Positions 9,601 through 17,004 of a DNA stretch of 30,292 nt are shown here, piece by piece; positions within the stretch are counted from its first letter, which is position 1, and the number at the start of each line of letters is the position of its first letter. The DNA is from Planctomycetota bacterium. Its GTDB lineage: Bacteria > Planctomycetota > GCA-002687715 > DRQF01. The notes beneath the pieces are model-generated. The model was not told where the DNA came from. It worked only from the letters and a program-made list of their open reading frames with translations, and did not search any database. The position numbers were made by a program, and so were the translations under genes. The DNA lies in assembly GCA_027001995.1 (NCBI GenBank), contig JALTLO010000198.1:1-30292 (forward strand). Direction: 5' to 3'.

Positions 9601-12565
9601 GTCCCATCAGATGCTCAAGTTGCATGGCAAAACTGCCGTCTTGACTTTGCCAGTTCTGAAGAACTACGCCCCCAATGTCTATGTTTCTGTGACGATGATT
9701 CACGGTGGCAAGTTCTATATTGCGTCCCAAGAGGTCCTTGTGCCTCCAACTCACAAGTTCATGGATGTGGCGCTTAGTTTTGACAAAGAAACCTATCTTC
9801 CAGGGGAGATGGCCACCCTGGCTATTGACAGCCGAGATGAAAACGGTGCTGGTATACCGGCGCAATTCTCCCTACGTGTGATGGACAAGGCGATCACCTA
9901 CATCGCTCAAGACTCGACTGCCGATATTCGCAAGTTCTTCTACGGCAGAAAGCGGTCTTATTTTGGGGGGAGTGGATGGAACAGCATCAGCTCCAATTCT
10001 AGCCAATTCAGCTTCGGCGGCCGTCTTATTCGCAATCGAAAGTGGAAGAACTACCGATTTCACGGAATGCCTCCGGGGTTTTATCTCGACCTGAACCTTT
10101 TGGGAAAGCTCTCCGCTGCGGAAGCTCAGGGAAGAGGAATGGGGGCTGTGACCGAAGGCGTCTTCGATAATGATGGAGAAATTCCCGAAGAAGAAGCGAT
10201 GAATGAAAGTTTTGCCCCAGGTGGGCTTGCTGACTCCAAAGGGGCACCACGGACACCAGGATCGCCGGCAAGAGGTAGGCGACTTGGAGTCAAGAAGTCT
10301 ATGAAGATGCAGGCTGAGCAATCCCTTTCCGCTGCCTCGGTTGTTGAAGGGACCAGTGTTGCTGAGCAACCTGAGGTGCGACAGAACTTCAGTGACTTGG
10401 CGTTCTGGGACGCCCAACTGCAGACTGATTCTCAAGGCAAAGCGTCTTTACGATTCAAATTTCCTGATAGCCTCACAACGTGGGTTGCGACACTGCGAGG
10501 TTTGACGAAGAAAACCATCGTGGGTAACACAGAGACAACGGTCAAGACTACCAAGAACATTCTTGTGCGCATGCAAGCTCCCCGTTTCTTTACTGAGCGA
10601 GACGAGATTCTTGTGAGTGGCATCGTTCGCAACGATTTCGACAAGGCGGTTCAAGTCAAAGTGAGCTTGGCAATGAAAGGCAATACTCTCACGACAGACA
10701 CCGCCCTTGAAAGAACCGTGGAGATCGGGGCACATTCAGAACATCGTGTTGATTGGTTGGTCAAGGTGCGCGAATCCGGTGAAGCCGAATTGATGATGGA
10801 GGCACTCTGTTCCCAAGAGAGTGATGCTATGAGACTGAATTTCCCTGTTCTGTCCTATGGTATAGACAAAGTTGTTACTGAGACGAATGTTCTCCAGGGC
10901 GGCAGCGGGAAGACTTCTTTTCCAATCGAAATACCAGCTCAAAGGAAAGTTGGTAGCACAGAGCTCGAAGTCACGCTTTCTCCATCTTTAGCCGGCTCCC
11001 TTTTGGAAGCACTTCCCTACCTGATCGAATACCCCTATGGCTGCACTGAGCAAACGATGAGTCGTTTCTTACCCGCGGTGGTGGTTGCTAAGACCCTCAA
11101 AGACATGGGGATCTCATTGGATGAAATCGCTTCAAGGCGGACAGACTTGAGCAACAAAGAGAAACTCAACCTTCGCAACTTGGTTCCGGTGTATTCTCAA
11201 TGGGAATTGGAGCAAGTGGTGAAAGCAGGGCTACGCCGCTTGGCTGGCATGCAGAATTCTGACGGTGGCTTCGGCTGGTGGCGTTCGGACACAAGTTCGA
11301 TGCATCTGACAGCCTATGTTCTCCAAGGATTGGCGGAGGCGAAGGCTGCTGGTTACGCCGTCCCCGATTCCATGATCAAGCGTTCCGCTGATTGGCTTGA
11401 AAGAGAAGTGAAAGAAGTCCGAGCCGTTCAACCCTTAGCATTTGCAAGCTATGCTCTGGCAACTGCCGGTCGAAATCCTCAGAAACTCCTCGATTTCGTC
11501 TTCACGCGCCGTGATGACTTGTCCATCCAGAATAAGGCCCAACTGGCCCTGGCCTTCCACCGATCCGGAGATAGCAAGCGTGCAGCTTTGGTGATGAGAA
11601 ATCTGAACGACTTTGTCCAAGTTGACAAGAAGCATGGAATCGCTTGGTGGCATGGTGGTTTAAACTGGTGGTATTGGTACGACGACGAAGTGGAAACCAA
11701 CGCTTATATGCTTTTAGCCATGGCGGAGATCGCGCCCCAAGACCCGAATTTGGAAGCGCTCAGTCGATGGATGATCTTTAATCGCAGCGGAAACCGTTGG
11801 AAGTCGACACGTGATACAGCGACAGCGATCTTGGCTCTGGCTAAGTACATGAAAGCTTCAGGCGAAGACAAGCCTGACTATGAAGTGATCGTGCGCCTGG
11901 CCGGTCGTGAGGTCAAACGCGTGAAAATCACAGCTTCGAACATGTTCATGTTTGACAATAAGATTCGTGTCCAAGGGGACGCAATCAATAGTGGGCCACT
12001 ACCACTTGAGATTGAGAAAATTGGCAGCGGCAAGCTCTACACCACCTGTCGTGTCAAGTACTTCTCTTTGGAAGACAAGATCAAAGCCGCTGGTTATCAA
12101 ATTGAAGTGGCCCGCCGCTACTTTGCCTTGAAACCCATCGAGAAGATTGAACAGGTGAATGGGACTTCTCGCAAGACCCTGGCCTATGAACGCCGCGAAA
12201 TCAAAGATCTTGACCAAGTCCAAGCTGGCACAGAGGTGGAAGTGAAGCTGTTTGTCACGTCGGCGAACAACTACGAGTACATCATGCTTGAAGATCGAAA
12301 GCCCGCTGGCTTCGAGCCTCTACAACTCACCTCTGGGCGCCGCTATGGCAATGGCGTCTGCTCCAACATGGAATTGCGCGACGAAAAGGTGGTGTTCTTT
12401 GTGACTTGGTTGCAAAAGGGAACCCATGAAATTACCTATCGCATGCGCGCAGAAATCCCTGGCACGATCAATGCCATGCCTTGCCGTGCGGAGGCCATGT
12501 ACGCTCCTAAGTTGGGGGGCATTTCTGATTCTTGGAAAGTTCGTGTGACAGAGGACGTGAGATAA
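6608..12565 (+). CDS. Bacterial alpha-2-macroglobulin family protein with an intact thioester motif
   Basis: Signal peptide, MG2 motif TDRPVYRP, EEYKKPEF, VRQNF...FPDSLTTW, PRFF, thioester YPYGCTEQ (CTEQ at 11042-11053), QNSDGGFGWW, and C-terminal EDRKPAGFEP...AEAMYAP. Confidence 0.95.
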   Translation: MSHRHLFVLVFLILIPAFTGATFAPIQFEKQNVADEQYAAHSYKPALAAYREILVDSDKTENERGHAARRIGLCLEHLERWDESLTHLKLQSGSFAGSIWGARLKSLEGAIRLRMPHYYYKKGDAISRDQWIQGASYHYTYYDDVLEALRDLAQARKLYAPHLTLSEKKNKEALATMAGEYSEICLNMATALEAHRNQKGGLAGFEPAESVKQDLEKHNVGLGFGRDPQIWFNEAKRVCKEFAASNLNATACYLEALYCNRLLSGQQEVTVQCHQGTYVTRYRFGGTEEKPQIVKLPDASNPFLLLADLIKRFPQSSVCDEATFILAKIQNEYGLYVESLATLEEFRAKHRKSLWRSDALSMVQEITHPLLEVGALHSFAPGEKVDLEIKTRNIKELKVEAFEIDLAGVYGTRKYLKDHDSSLGTVDKLVQIAGSKYLNRRSTAFLGRFKTADKGEYQHLTGKMSLSLPKTGAYVIELSDKETTYRSLVVVSDIAMIRKTTNKETIVYVGSASDGQPVAGADVLVRQEHRSKGLFGWYDRLGHNWGITAEDGTFLRSHEDSGGQRVYIEAFAHKGKNYALTPPKSFYPENSKNKNMVLYGFTDRPVYRPSQTIAFVGNLRRRVDEDYENLPQEKFKVTITDPKGSKIFDQIIQADDFGVVSGSIRVGDEPPLGSYQISYRQNNRWVGSHRFRIEEYKKPEFEVVVSGPDQAIRAGDRFDVKIHGEFYFGGGVAQSKVAWRIYRESYYPTFNLIEPYAYLYGNKSSRLPGRYRQRNRELVAQGQGVTDAAGDLVLAIDSQPWKEKYAKDDHRFVVEADLTDLSRRTISGRGDILVPRRGLFAHVEANQGFYRVGEKASFEICLQKPDGSPAESEGQVVVYRVTSLREGDKIVESRTQITSNASRTNAKGRGQFVWQTDSPGRFVVRYVTQDKWGEAVVGEQHVWVTSPDYKADEFQLNNVEIVSDKTEYKSGEKAFLMINCQFPDSFVMVSVEAGKSVLSHQMLKLHGKTAVLTLPVLKNYAPNVYVSVTMIHGGKFYIASQEVLVPPTHKFMDVALSFDKETYLPGEMATLAIDSRDENGAGIPAQFSLRVMDKAITYIAQDSTADIRKFFYGRKRSYFGGSGWNSISSNSSQFSFGGRLIRNRKWKNYRFHGMPPGFYLDLNLLGKLSAAEAQGRGMGAVTEGVFDNDGEIPEEEAMNESFAPGGLADSKGAPRTPGSPARGRRLGVKKSMKMQAEQSLSAASVVEGTSVAEQPEVRQNFSDLAFWDAQLQTDSQGKASLRFKFPDSLTTWVATLRGLTKKTIVGNTETTVKTTKNILVRMQAPRFFTERDEILVSGIVRNDFDKAVQVKVSLAMKGNTLTTDTALERTVEIGAHSEHRVDWLVKVRESGEAELMMEALCSQESDAMRLNFPVLSYGIDKVVTETNVLQGGSGKTSFPIEIPAQRKVGSTELEVTLSPSLAGSLLEALPYLIEYPYGCTEQTMSRFLPAVVVAKTLKDMGISLDEIASRRTDLSNKEKLNLRNLVPVYSQWELEQVVKAGLRRLAGMQNSDGGFGWWRSDTSSMHLTAYVLQGLAEAKAAGYAVPDSMIKRSADWLEREVKEVRAVQPLAFASYALATAGRNPQKLLDFVFTRRDDLSIQNKAQLALAFHRSGDSKRAALVMRNLNDFVQVDKKHGIAWWHGGLNWWYWYDDEVETNAYMLLAMAEIAPQDPNLEALSRWMIFNRSGNRWKSTRDTATAILALAKYMKASGEDKPDYEVIVRLAGREVKRVKITASNMFMFDNKIRVQGDAINSGPLPLEIEKIGSGKLYTTCRVKYFSLEDKIKAAGYQIEVARRYFALKPIEKIEQVNGTSRKTLAYERREIKDLDQVQAGTEVEVKLFVTSANNYEYIMLEDRKPAGFEPLQLTSGRRYGNGVCSNMELRDEKVVFFVTWLQKGTHEITYRMRAEIPGTINAMPCRAEAMYAPKLGGISDSWKVRVTEDVR

Positions 12566-12829
12566 GAGGGCCATCGTGAGACGGTCTCATTTTGGATTCC
12601 ATTCCAAATTATAGACGGCAGTCGATTGGGCATGTCCATGACAAAGCTCAAGTGACTTTCACCCACAAAGGGTTGACTCTTCTTGTGGCCGATGGATACG
12701 GGCTCAAGACATAGGACGCCGTGACAGGGCGCTTTGTTCAGGGTTTTCTGCGCGAACAATGGTTCAAGGCACTCTTTTATTTGACATCAAGCCAACGATA
12801 GATCATGTTCTCAACCACGAGGACATGAA

Positions 12830-13993
12830 ATGACAAATGAGAAACACGGAAAGATGTGGCTGAAGCTCATCGTGGGCGGCGGCATCTCCTTGGCGATTGC
12901 CAACTTGTTGGGCCATAGTATCCCGGGTTGGTTGCATGGGGCCTTGATGGGATTGGGCGGGCTTTCCGTTGTTTTTGGGTCATCAGAGGTGATGATCGAA
13001 GCGGTTGAGGGCTTTGCTGCTCGACGCAAGATGAACACGTTTGTCGCCGGTACCATGGCTGGGCTCGCTAGTAATATCCCCGAGCTCGTCATGCTGGGTT
13101 TCGTTTTGGCAGCCACACCTCGAGTCGGTTTCATTGTCTCAGTTCTGACCTTGCATGTGGGCGTCGCGGCTTTCGGCCTCTACTGCGGTTTCTTACCTCG
13201 TGACATCGAAGGTCAAGCGGCGATGCCCAAGCCCTTGGTCAAGCTTAGCACCGACCTATACGCCGCCGCCGCAGGCGCTTTCTTTGCCATCGGCTCAATT
13301 TTCGTGTTGATGAAAGTCTTTGCTCCACCCGGTCACAACAATTCAGAGTTGGGCACGACAGATCTTTATGTCATAGGTGCCGCTTTGTTGATGGTGCAGG
13401 TGGTTGCCGTTTTTCGCTTGGTTAAGCGTTTTTCCGATGGTGGTGAAGATGAGGCGAACCAACCTGCCCCTGAGATACAGCGCGATCCTATGTCAGTGAA
13501 GACAATCATGGGCTTCAGTTTGATCGGTCTTGTGGGTGCCGTTCTTGGTGGCCATGCTGTTGGGGAGTTCGCCGCCGTTCTGGTGGGGGCCCTGCGTGAA
13601 AAAGGCTACTCTGAGATGTTTGGTGCTTTGATCTTAAGTGTATTTGCCGCTTCAGGTGCATTCGTGATGATTGGTACAGCTCATTTCAAGGGCAAGCACG
13701 ACATCGCCATGGCCAACGCTTCCGGCGCTGTGACCCAGGTCCCTTTTTTGGTGCTACCCATCGCTTTCATCTTGCTGGCTGCATTTAGCCAAACAGGTCT
13801 TATACCAACATTGGAGCACGGAGGTGTAATCCCCATCGATTTTCAATCGACAAGTGCTATCTTACTTGGGTTTCCTTCCATGTTGATTCTTTGGAAAGCC
13901 GTGCAAGACGACGGTAAGGTCAACTGGCTGGAAACAACGTCGATGATTTCGATTTTTTTCTTAGTGATTTATCTCATGGCAGTTCACGGTTAA
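12830..13993 (+). CDS. CaCA-superfamily (Ca2+/H+ or Na+/Ca2+ exchanger-like) membrane antiporter
   Basis: About 11 hydrophobic segments in two halves with an acidic central loop (DGGEDEAN); alpha-1-like GLASNIPE; DIAMANASGAVTQV and DDGKVNWLE resemble CAX-type C-terminal motifs. Confidence 0.78.
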   Translation: MTNEKHGKMWLKLIVGGGISLAIANLLGHSIPGWLHGALMGLGGLSVVFGSSEVMIEAVEGFAARRKMNTFVAGTMAGLASNIPELVMLGFVLAATPRVGFIVSVLTLHVGVAAFGLYCGFLPRDIEGQAAMPKPLVKLSTDLYAAAAGAFFAIGSIFVLMKVFAPPGHNNSELGTTDLYVIGAALLMVQVVAVFRLVKRFSDGGEDEANQPAPEIQRDPMSVKTIMGFSLIGLVGAVLGGHAVGEFAAVLVGALREKGYSEMFGALILSVFAASGAFVMIGTAHFKGKHDIAMANASGAVTQVPFLVLPIAFILLAAFSQTGLIPTLEHGGVIPIDFQSTSAILLGFPSMLILWKAVQDDGKVNWLETTSMISIFFLVIYLMAVHG

Positions 13994-14029
13994 GTCGCTC
14001 TATCCGGGGGTGCCTTCGACTGCTTCAAT

Positions 14030-14136
14030 GAAACAGCCCCTTGATTCGGCCCACTTTGCTTACCTTCGTGAAAGACTTTTTGGTCTTTTAGTTCGAACGT
14101 CGAACCGGGTAGTGGGGCGAATCAAGAGGCTGTTTC
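14030..14136. repeat. 26-bp imperfect inverted repeat enclosing two small hairpins
   Basis: GAAACAGCCCCTTGATTCGGCCCACT (14030-14055) and AGTGGGGCGAATCAAGAGGCTGTTTC (14111-14136) pair at 24 of 26 positions. Inner hairpins are AAAGAC/GTCTTT and GTTCGA/TCGAAC. Confidence 0.85.
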
Positions 14137-14159
14137 TCGGTTGATGGCTTGAGAAAGAC

Positions 14160-14333
14160 CGTTTCAGGGTGGGGACGGGGTGAATACCGCGGGGAATTGG
14201 CTTGAGGAGCCGGCTATTCACATCGTTGCCAAGAAGGGGGTTGGGAGCCTTCGAAGGGAGAAAGGCAATTTACGGGGGAGGGTTGGTGGTTGGTTCTTGC
14301 CAACAAGGACTCCCGTCGTCCACCCTGAGAACG
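14160..14333 (+). ncRNA. Candidate structured non-coding RNA (multi-branched, about 175 nt; family unknown)
   Basis: Closing helix 14164-14180 / 14311-14328 (17 bp including 2 G-U pairs and one bulge) with three internal stems. The G-U pairs favour the + strand. Manual fold only. Confidence 0.45.
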
Positions 14334-14344
14334 TTCAATTATTT

Positions 14345-14935
14345 CTAATAGCGACGCATCACTCCTAAAACGACACCTTGGATGCGTACATCTTCTGCTG
14401 GTACAATGATTGGTTTCATGGTGGCGTTGGCTGGCTCTAAGCGAATCTTGCTGCCTTCTGGATAGAAGCGCTTCAGTGTCGCTTCTTCTTCTCGAACCAG
14501 AGCTACGACAGTTTCACCTGGCCGAGCTGTTTGCTTGCTTGCCACAACAACCAGGTCACCATCTTGGATATGGTCCTCGATCATCGAGGTGCCTTTGACT
14601 TCGAGAATGAAACAGTCTTCACCATCAGGGAAGAGACTTTCAAAGTCGAAGATCTCCTTATTTTCGATGGCTTCGATGGGTAGGCCAGCAGCTACCCGTC
14701 CTAAGACATGGATTTCAGGCCAGGACGTTTCCCGCACGATTTCGATTGAGCGCGCCCTGTTTTTTTCCATACGAATCACACCCTTGCTGTGAAGAGCCTT
14801 GACGTGTTCGTGAGCTGTGACGGGGGCAATGCCCATGGCATCACCGATTTCTTCCATTGTTGGTGCATAGCTGCGGTCAACAATGAAGTCGCTGATGAAG
14901 GCGAAGATGGCGGATTGTTTCTTGGTCATGTGCAT
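14345..14935 (-). CDS. lexA: LexA transcriptional repressor
   Basis: N-terminal winged HTH (MTKKQ...APTMEEIG...TAHEHVKAL...ARSI), Ala-Gly autocleavage site GRVAAGLP, catalytic Ser (GTSM) and Lys (TLKR). The start is probably the ATG at 14935 or 14929, not the TTG at 15052. Confidence 0.96.
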   Translation of the reverse strand: MHMTKKQSAIFAFISDFIVDRSYAPTMEEIGDAMGIAPVTAHEHVKALHSKGVIRMEKNRARSIEIVRETSWPEIHVLGRVAAGLPIEAIENKEIFDFESLFPDGEDCFILEVKGTSMIEDHIQDGDLVVVASKQTARPGETVVALVREEEATLKRFYPEGSKIRLEPANATMKPIIVPAEDVRIQGVVLGVMRRY

Positions 14936-14942
14936 GATGAGC

Positions 14943-15023
14943 TCAGAGGACCATGGCCAAGGCCATGAGACTGGCGATTCCGAAAGTGAGGAGGACTTCG
15001 CTGAGACAGTTCTTGAGAGCCAT
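14943..15023 (-). CDS. Small 26-aa hydrophobic peptide immediately upstream of lexA (MALKNCLSEVLLTFGIASLMALAMVL)
   Basis: The minus strand reads AAGGAG-aaaacc-ATG, then 26 sense codons and TGA (14945-14943), ending 7 nt before the lexA ATG. The C-terminal 17 residues are uncharged and TM-like. Too short for the ORF track. Confidence 0.65.
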   Translation of the reverse strand: MALKNCLSEVLLTFGIASLMALAMVL

Positions 15024-15089
15024 GGTTTTCTCCTTGAGATCGTGATGAGCAAATCGGTTTCTATTCGGTGTTGCGGTCTTCATGACCCA

Positions 15090-15118
15090 AGTAAAACCCT
15101 AATATGGAACTGACGCAA
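15090..15118 (-). promoter_or_regulatory. Putative sigma70-type promoter for the small ORF-lexA transcript
   Basis: Minus strand TTGCGT (15118-15113), 17 nt, TTTACT (15095-15090). Both boxes match the consensus only partially. Confidence 0.35.
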
Positions 15119-15339
15119 GGTGTTTTGTCGGGATTTTTGCAGTTGCAGGTATGGGTTTGTCTGTGCTTTTGCCCCACATCCTTTTTCTTGTCGTTTCTAA
15201 GTTGCGTGAAAGAAACGAGTTATGAGATCGAGTTGGTGAAGTCTTTGAGGGTGGAATAACCCGAAGAAAAACCCGAAGATCTGTGGCGATTGTCCCATTT
15301 CAGGGCTTGATTCTGAATCGTTTGGGGAGAACATGGGGT

Positions 15340-16962
15340 ATGAATTCGAATCTCAGGCCATTGTGCGATCTTTCTTCTATTGATTACAAAGTCCTTAGAA
15401 CATCCGTCTTAGTGATTGGCGGTGGCGTAGCTGGATTTTCAGCGGCAATCGCAGCGGCGGCCTATGCAGATGTCCTTTGTGTCACAAAAGAAACGGCTTT
15501 AATGTCGAACACCCAGGCGGCGCAAGGAGGCGTGGCTGCTGTTTTGAGCGATGAAGACTCGGTAGAATCTCATTGTGATGACACTCTGGAAGTGGGTTGT
15601 GGTCTTTGCGACTCAGAAGCCGTTGAGACCGTGGTGAAAGAGGGCCCCAAGTGTATTCAAAGATTGATTGAATGGGGCGGCAGCTTCGATCAACAAGACG
15701 GCAAGCTGCATCTCACTTTGGAGGGCGGGCATAGCCAAAAGCGTGTCCTCCATGCCCGGGGTGACCAAACCGGAATGGAAGTGCAAGCAACTTTGGTTCG
15801 CAAGGTTAAGTCTTTTGACAACATCGAACTTTGGGAGCATGGTTTTGCTGTCGATTTGATCGTGGACGAGGGGCGCTGTATAGGCGCCTTGTTGTTTCGC
15901 CACGGGAGCTACGTTCTCGTCCACGCCGATTCCACGGTCTTAGCTACAGGTGGTGCTGGTCAGCTCTATCGTGAAACAACGAATCCCCTTATAGCCACCG
16001 GCGATGGTTTCGCCATGGCAATGCGGGCTCAGGCCCAACTTCGGGATATGGAGTTCATCCAATTCCATCCTACGACTCTTTATATCGCCGGCTCTGCCAG
16101 GCACTTGATCACCGAGGCTGTTCGTGGGGAAGGCGGCATCCTGCGGGACATGAGTGGTGAGCGTTTCATGGTGAACTATCATCCTCAAGCTGAGCTGGCT
16201 CCTCGGGACGTGGTGAGTCGGTCTATTGTGCGCCACATGTCGGCCCGGGGCGATTCCCATGTTTTCTTGGATCTGACTCATTTGTCTCCAGGCTTTGTTC
16301 GCAAGAGATTTCCTCTGCTCAACGAAACATGCCGTCTCTATAATCTGGATGTGGCGGAGAACTTGGTCCCTATTCACCCCAGTGTCCATTACATGATGGG
16401 CGGTTTGGCAGTCGACTTAGAAGCGCGTACCACCGTCGAAGGGCTCTATGCTTGTGGTGAAGTGGCGTCCACGGGGCTTCATGGTGCCAATCGTTTGGCC
16501 AGCAATAGTCTTTTGGAGGGTTTGGTATTTGGTTGGCGCGCTGGAAAGTGTGCGGCGGGGGAAATGGTGGCGAAGCCCCTGCCGAAAACCTTCGAAGAAA
16601 CGGACTTCGGTTTGGAAGGTCGTGTCATCAACGTTGCGGACATGGTCAATAGCATTAAGAGCCTCATGTGGCATGATGTAGGCATCGTGCGCAATGCCCA
16701 ACAACTGAAGAGTTCTGCAGATCGTCTTTCGAATTGGGCCAACTATGTCTTACAATGCCGCTTCCAAGATTCAGCTGGTTGGGAATTAGTCAACACATTG
16801 ACCTTAGCTCAAGCTGTGGTTGAATCGGCCTTTGCCAGAACAGAAAGTCGGGGCGCCCACTTTCGGAGTGATTTCCCTGAACGGGATGACGTCCATTGGA
16901 AGCGTCACTCATATTATCCACCCAAAGAAAATGGGGTGGACGACTCAGACGGACTCACGTAG
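15340..16962 (+). CDS. nadB: L-aspartate oxidase
   Basis: FAD motif VIGGGVAG, AQGGVAAV, EGGHS..RVLH, QFHPT, LITEAVRGEG, ELAPRDVVSR, HYMMGG, GLHGANRLASNSLLE and ESRGAHFRSDFP. The ATG at 15340 follows a GGGGAGA RBS. Confidence 0.95.
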   Translation: MNSNLRPLCDLSSIDYKVLRTSVLVIGGGVAGFSAAIAAAAYADVLCVTKETALMSNTQAAQGGVAAVLSDEDSVESHCDDTLEVGCGLCDSEAVETVVKEGPKCIQRLIEWGGSFDQQDGKLHLTLEGGHSQKRVLHARGDQTGMEVQATLVRKVKSFDNIELWEHGFAVDLIVDEGRCIGALLFRHGSYVLVHADSTVLATGGAGQLYRETTNPLIATGDGFAMAMRAQAQLRDMEFIQFHPTTLYIAGSARHLITEAVRGEGGILRDMSGERFMVNYHPQAELAPRDVVSRSIVRHMSARGDSHVFLDLTHLSPGFVRKRFPLLNETCRLYNLDVAENLVPIHPSVHYMMGGLAVDLEARTTVEGLYACGEVASTGLHGANRLASNSLLEGLVFGWRAGKCAAGEMVAKPLPKTFEETDFGLEGRVINVADMVNSIKSLMWHDVGIVRNAQQLKSSADRLSNWANYVLQCRFQDSAGWELVNTLTLAQAVVESAFARTESRGAHFRSDFPERDDVHWKRHSYYPPKENGVDDSDGLT

Positions 16963-17004
16963 CCAGATCGCTACCCAGAATAACAATCAAGGTTAGATTC
17001 AAGT

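Noticed and set aside
12566..12829. Possible ion-sensing riboswitch (fluoride or yybP-ykoY) upstream of the antiporter
   Set aside because: Only a short palindrome (TGAGAC-G-GTCTCA), a GATGG word and a TTGACA at 12781 are visible. I could not match the conserved aptamer cores by eye; cmscan would settle it.
14006..14325. tmRNA-like look: GGGGGTGCCTTCGAC at the 5' side and GACTCCCGTCGTCCACC at the 3' side
   Set aside because: No intact T-arm (GGTTCGA), no acceptor strand complementary to GGGGGTG with CCA, and no tag frame ending in ALAA-like residues. RNase P (GAGGAAAGTCC) and SRP signatures are also absent.
14180..14368. 62-aa + strand ORF in the structured intergenic region
   Set aside because: No recognisable motifs, it overlaps the lexA 3' end, and the sequence is better explained by base-pairing.
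14936..15052. 39-aa N-terminal extension of LexA from TTG 15052 in the ORF track
   Set aside because: No RBS at that TTG, the extension does not resemble LexA, and the strong SD in this region serves a different frame.
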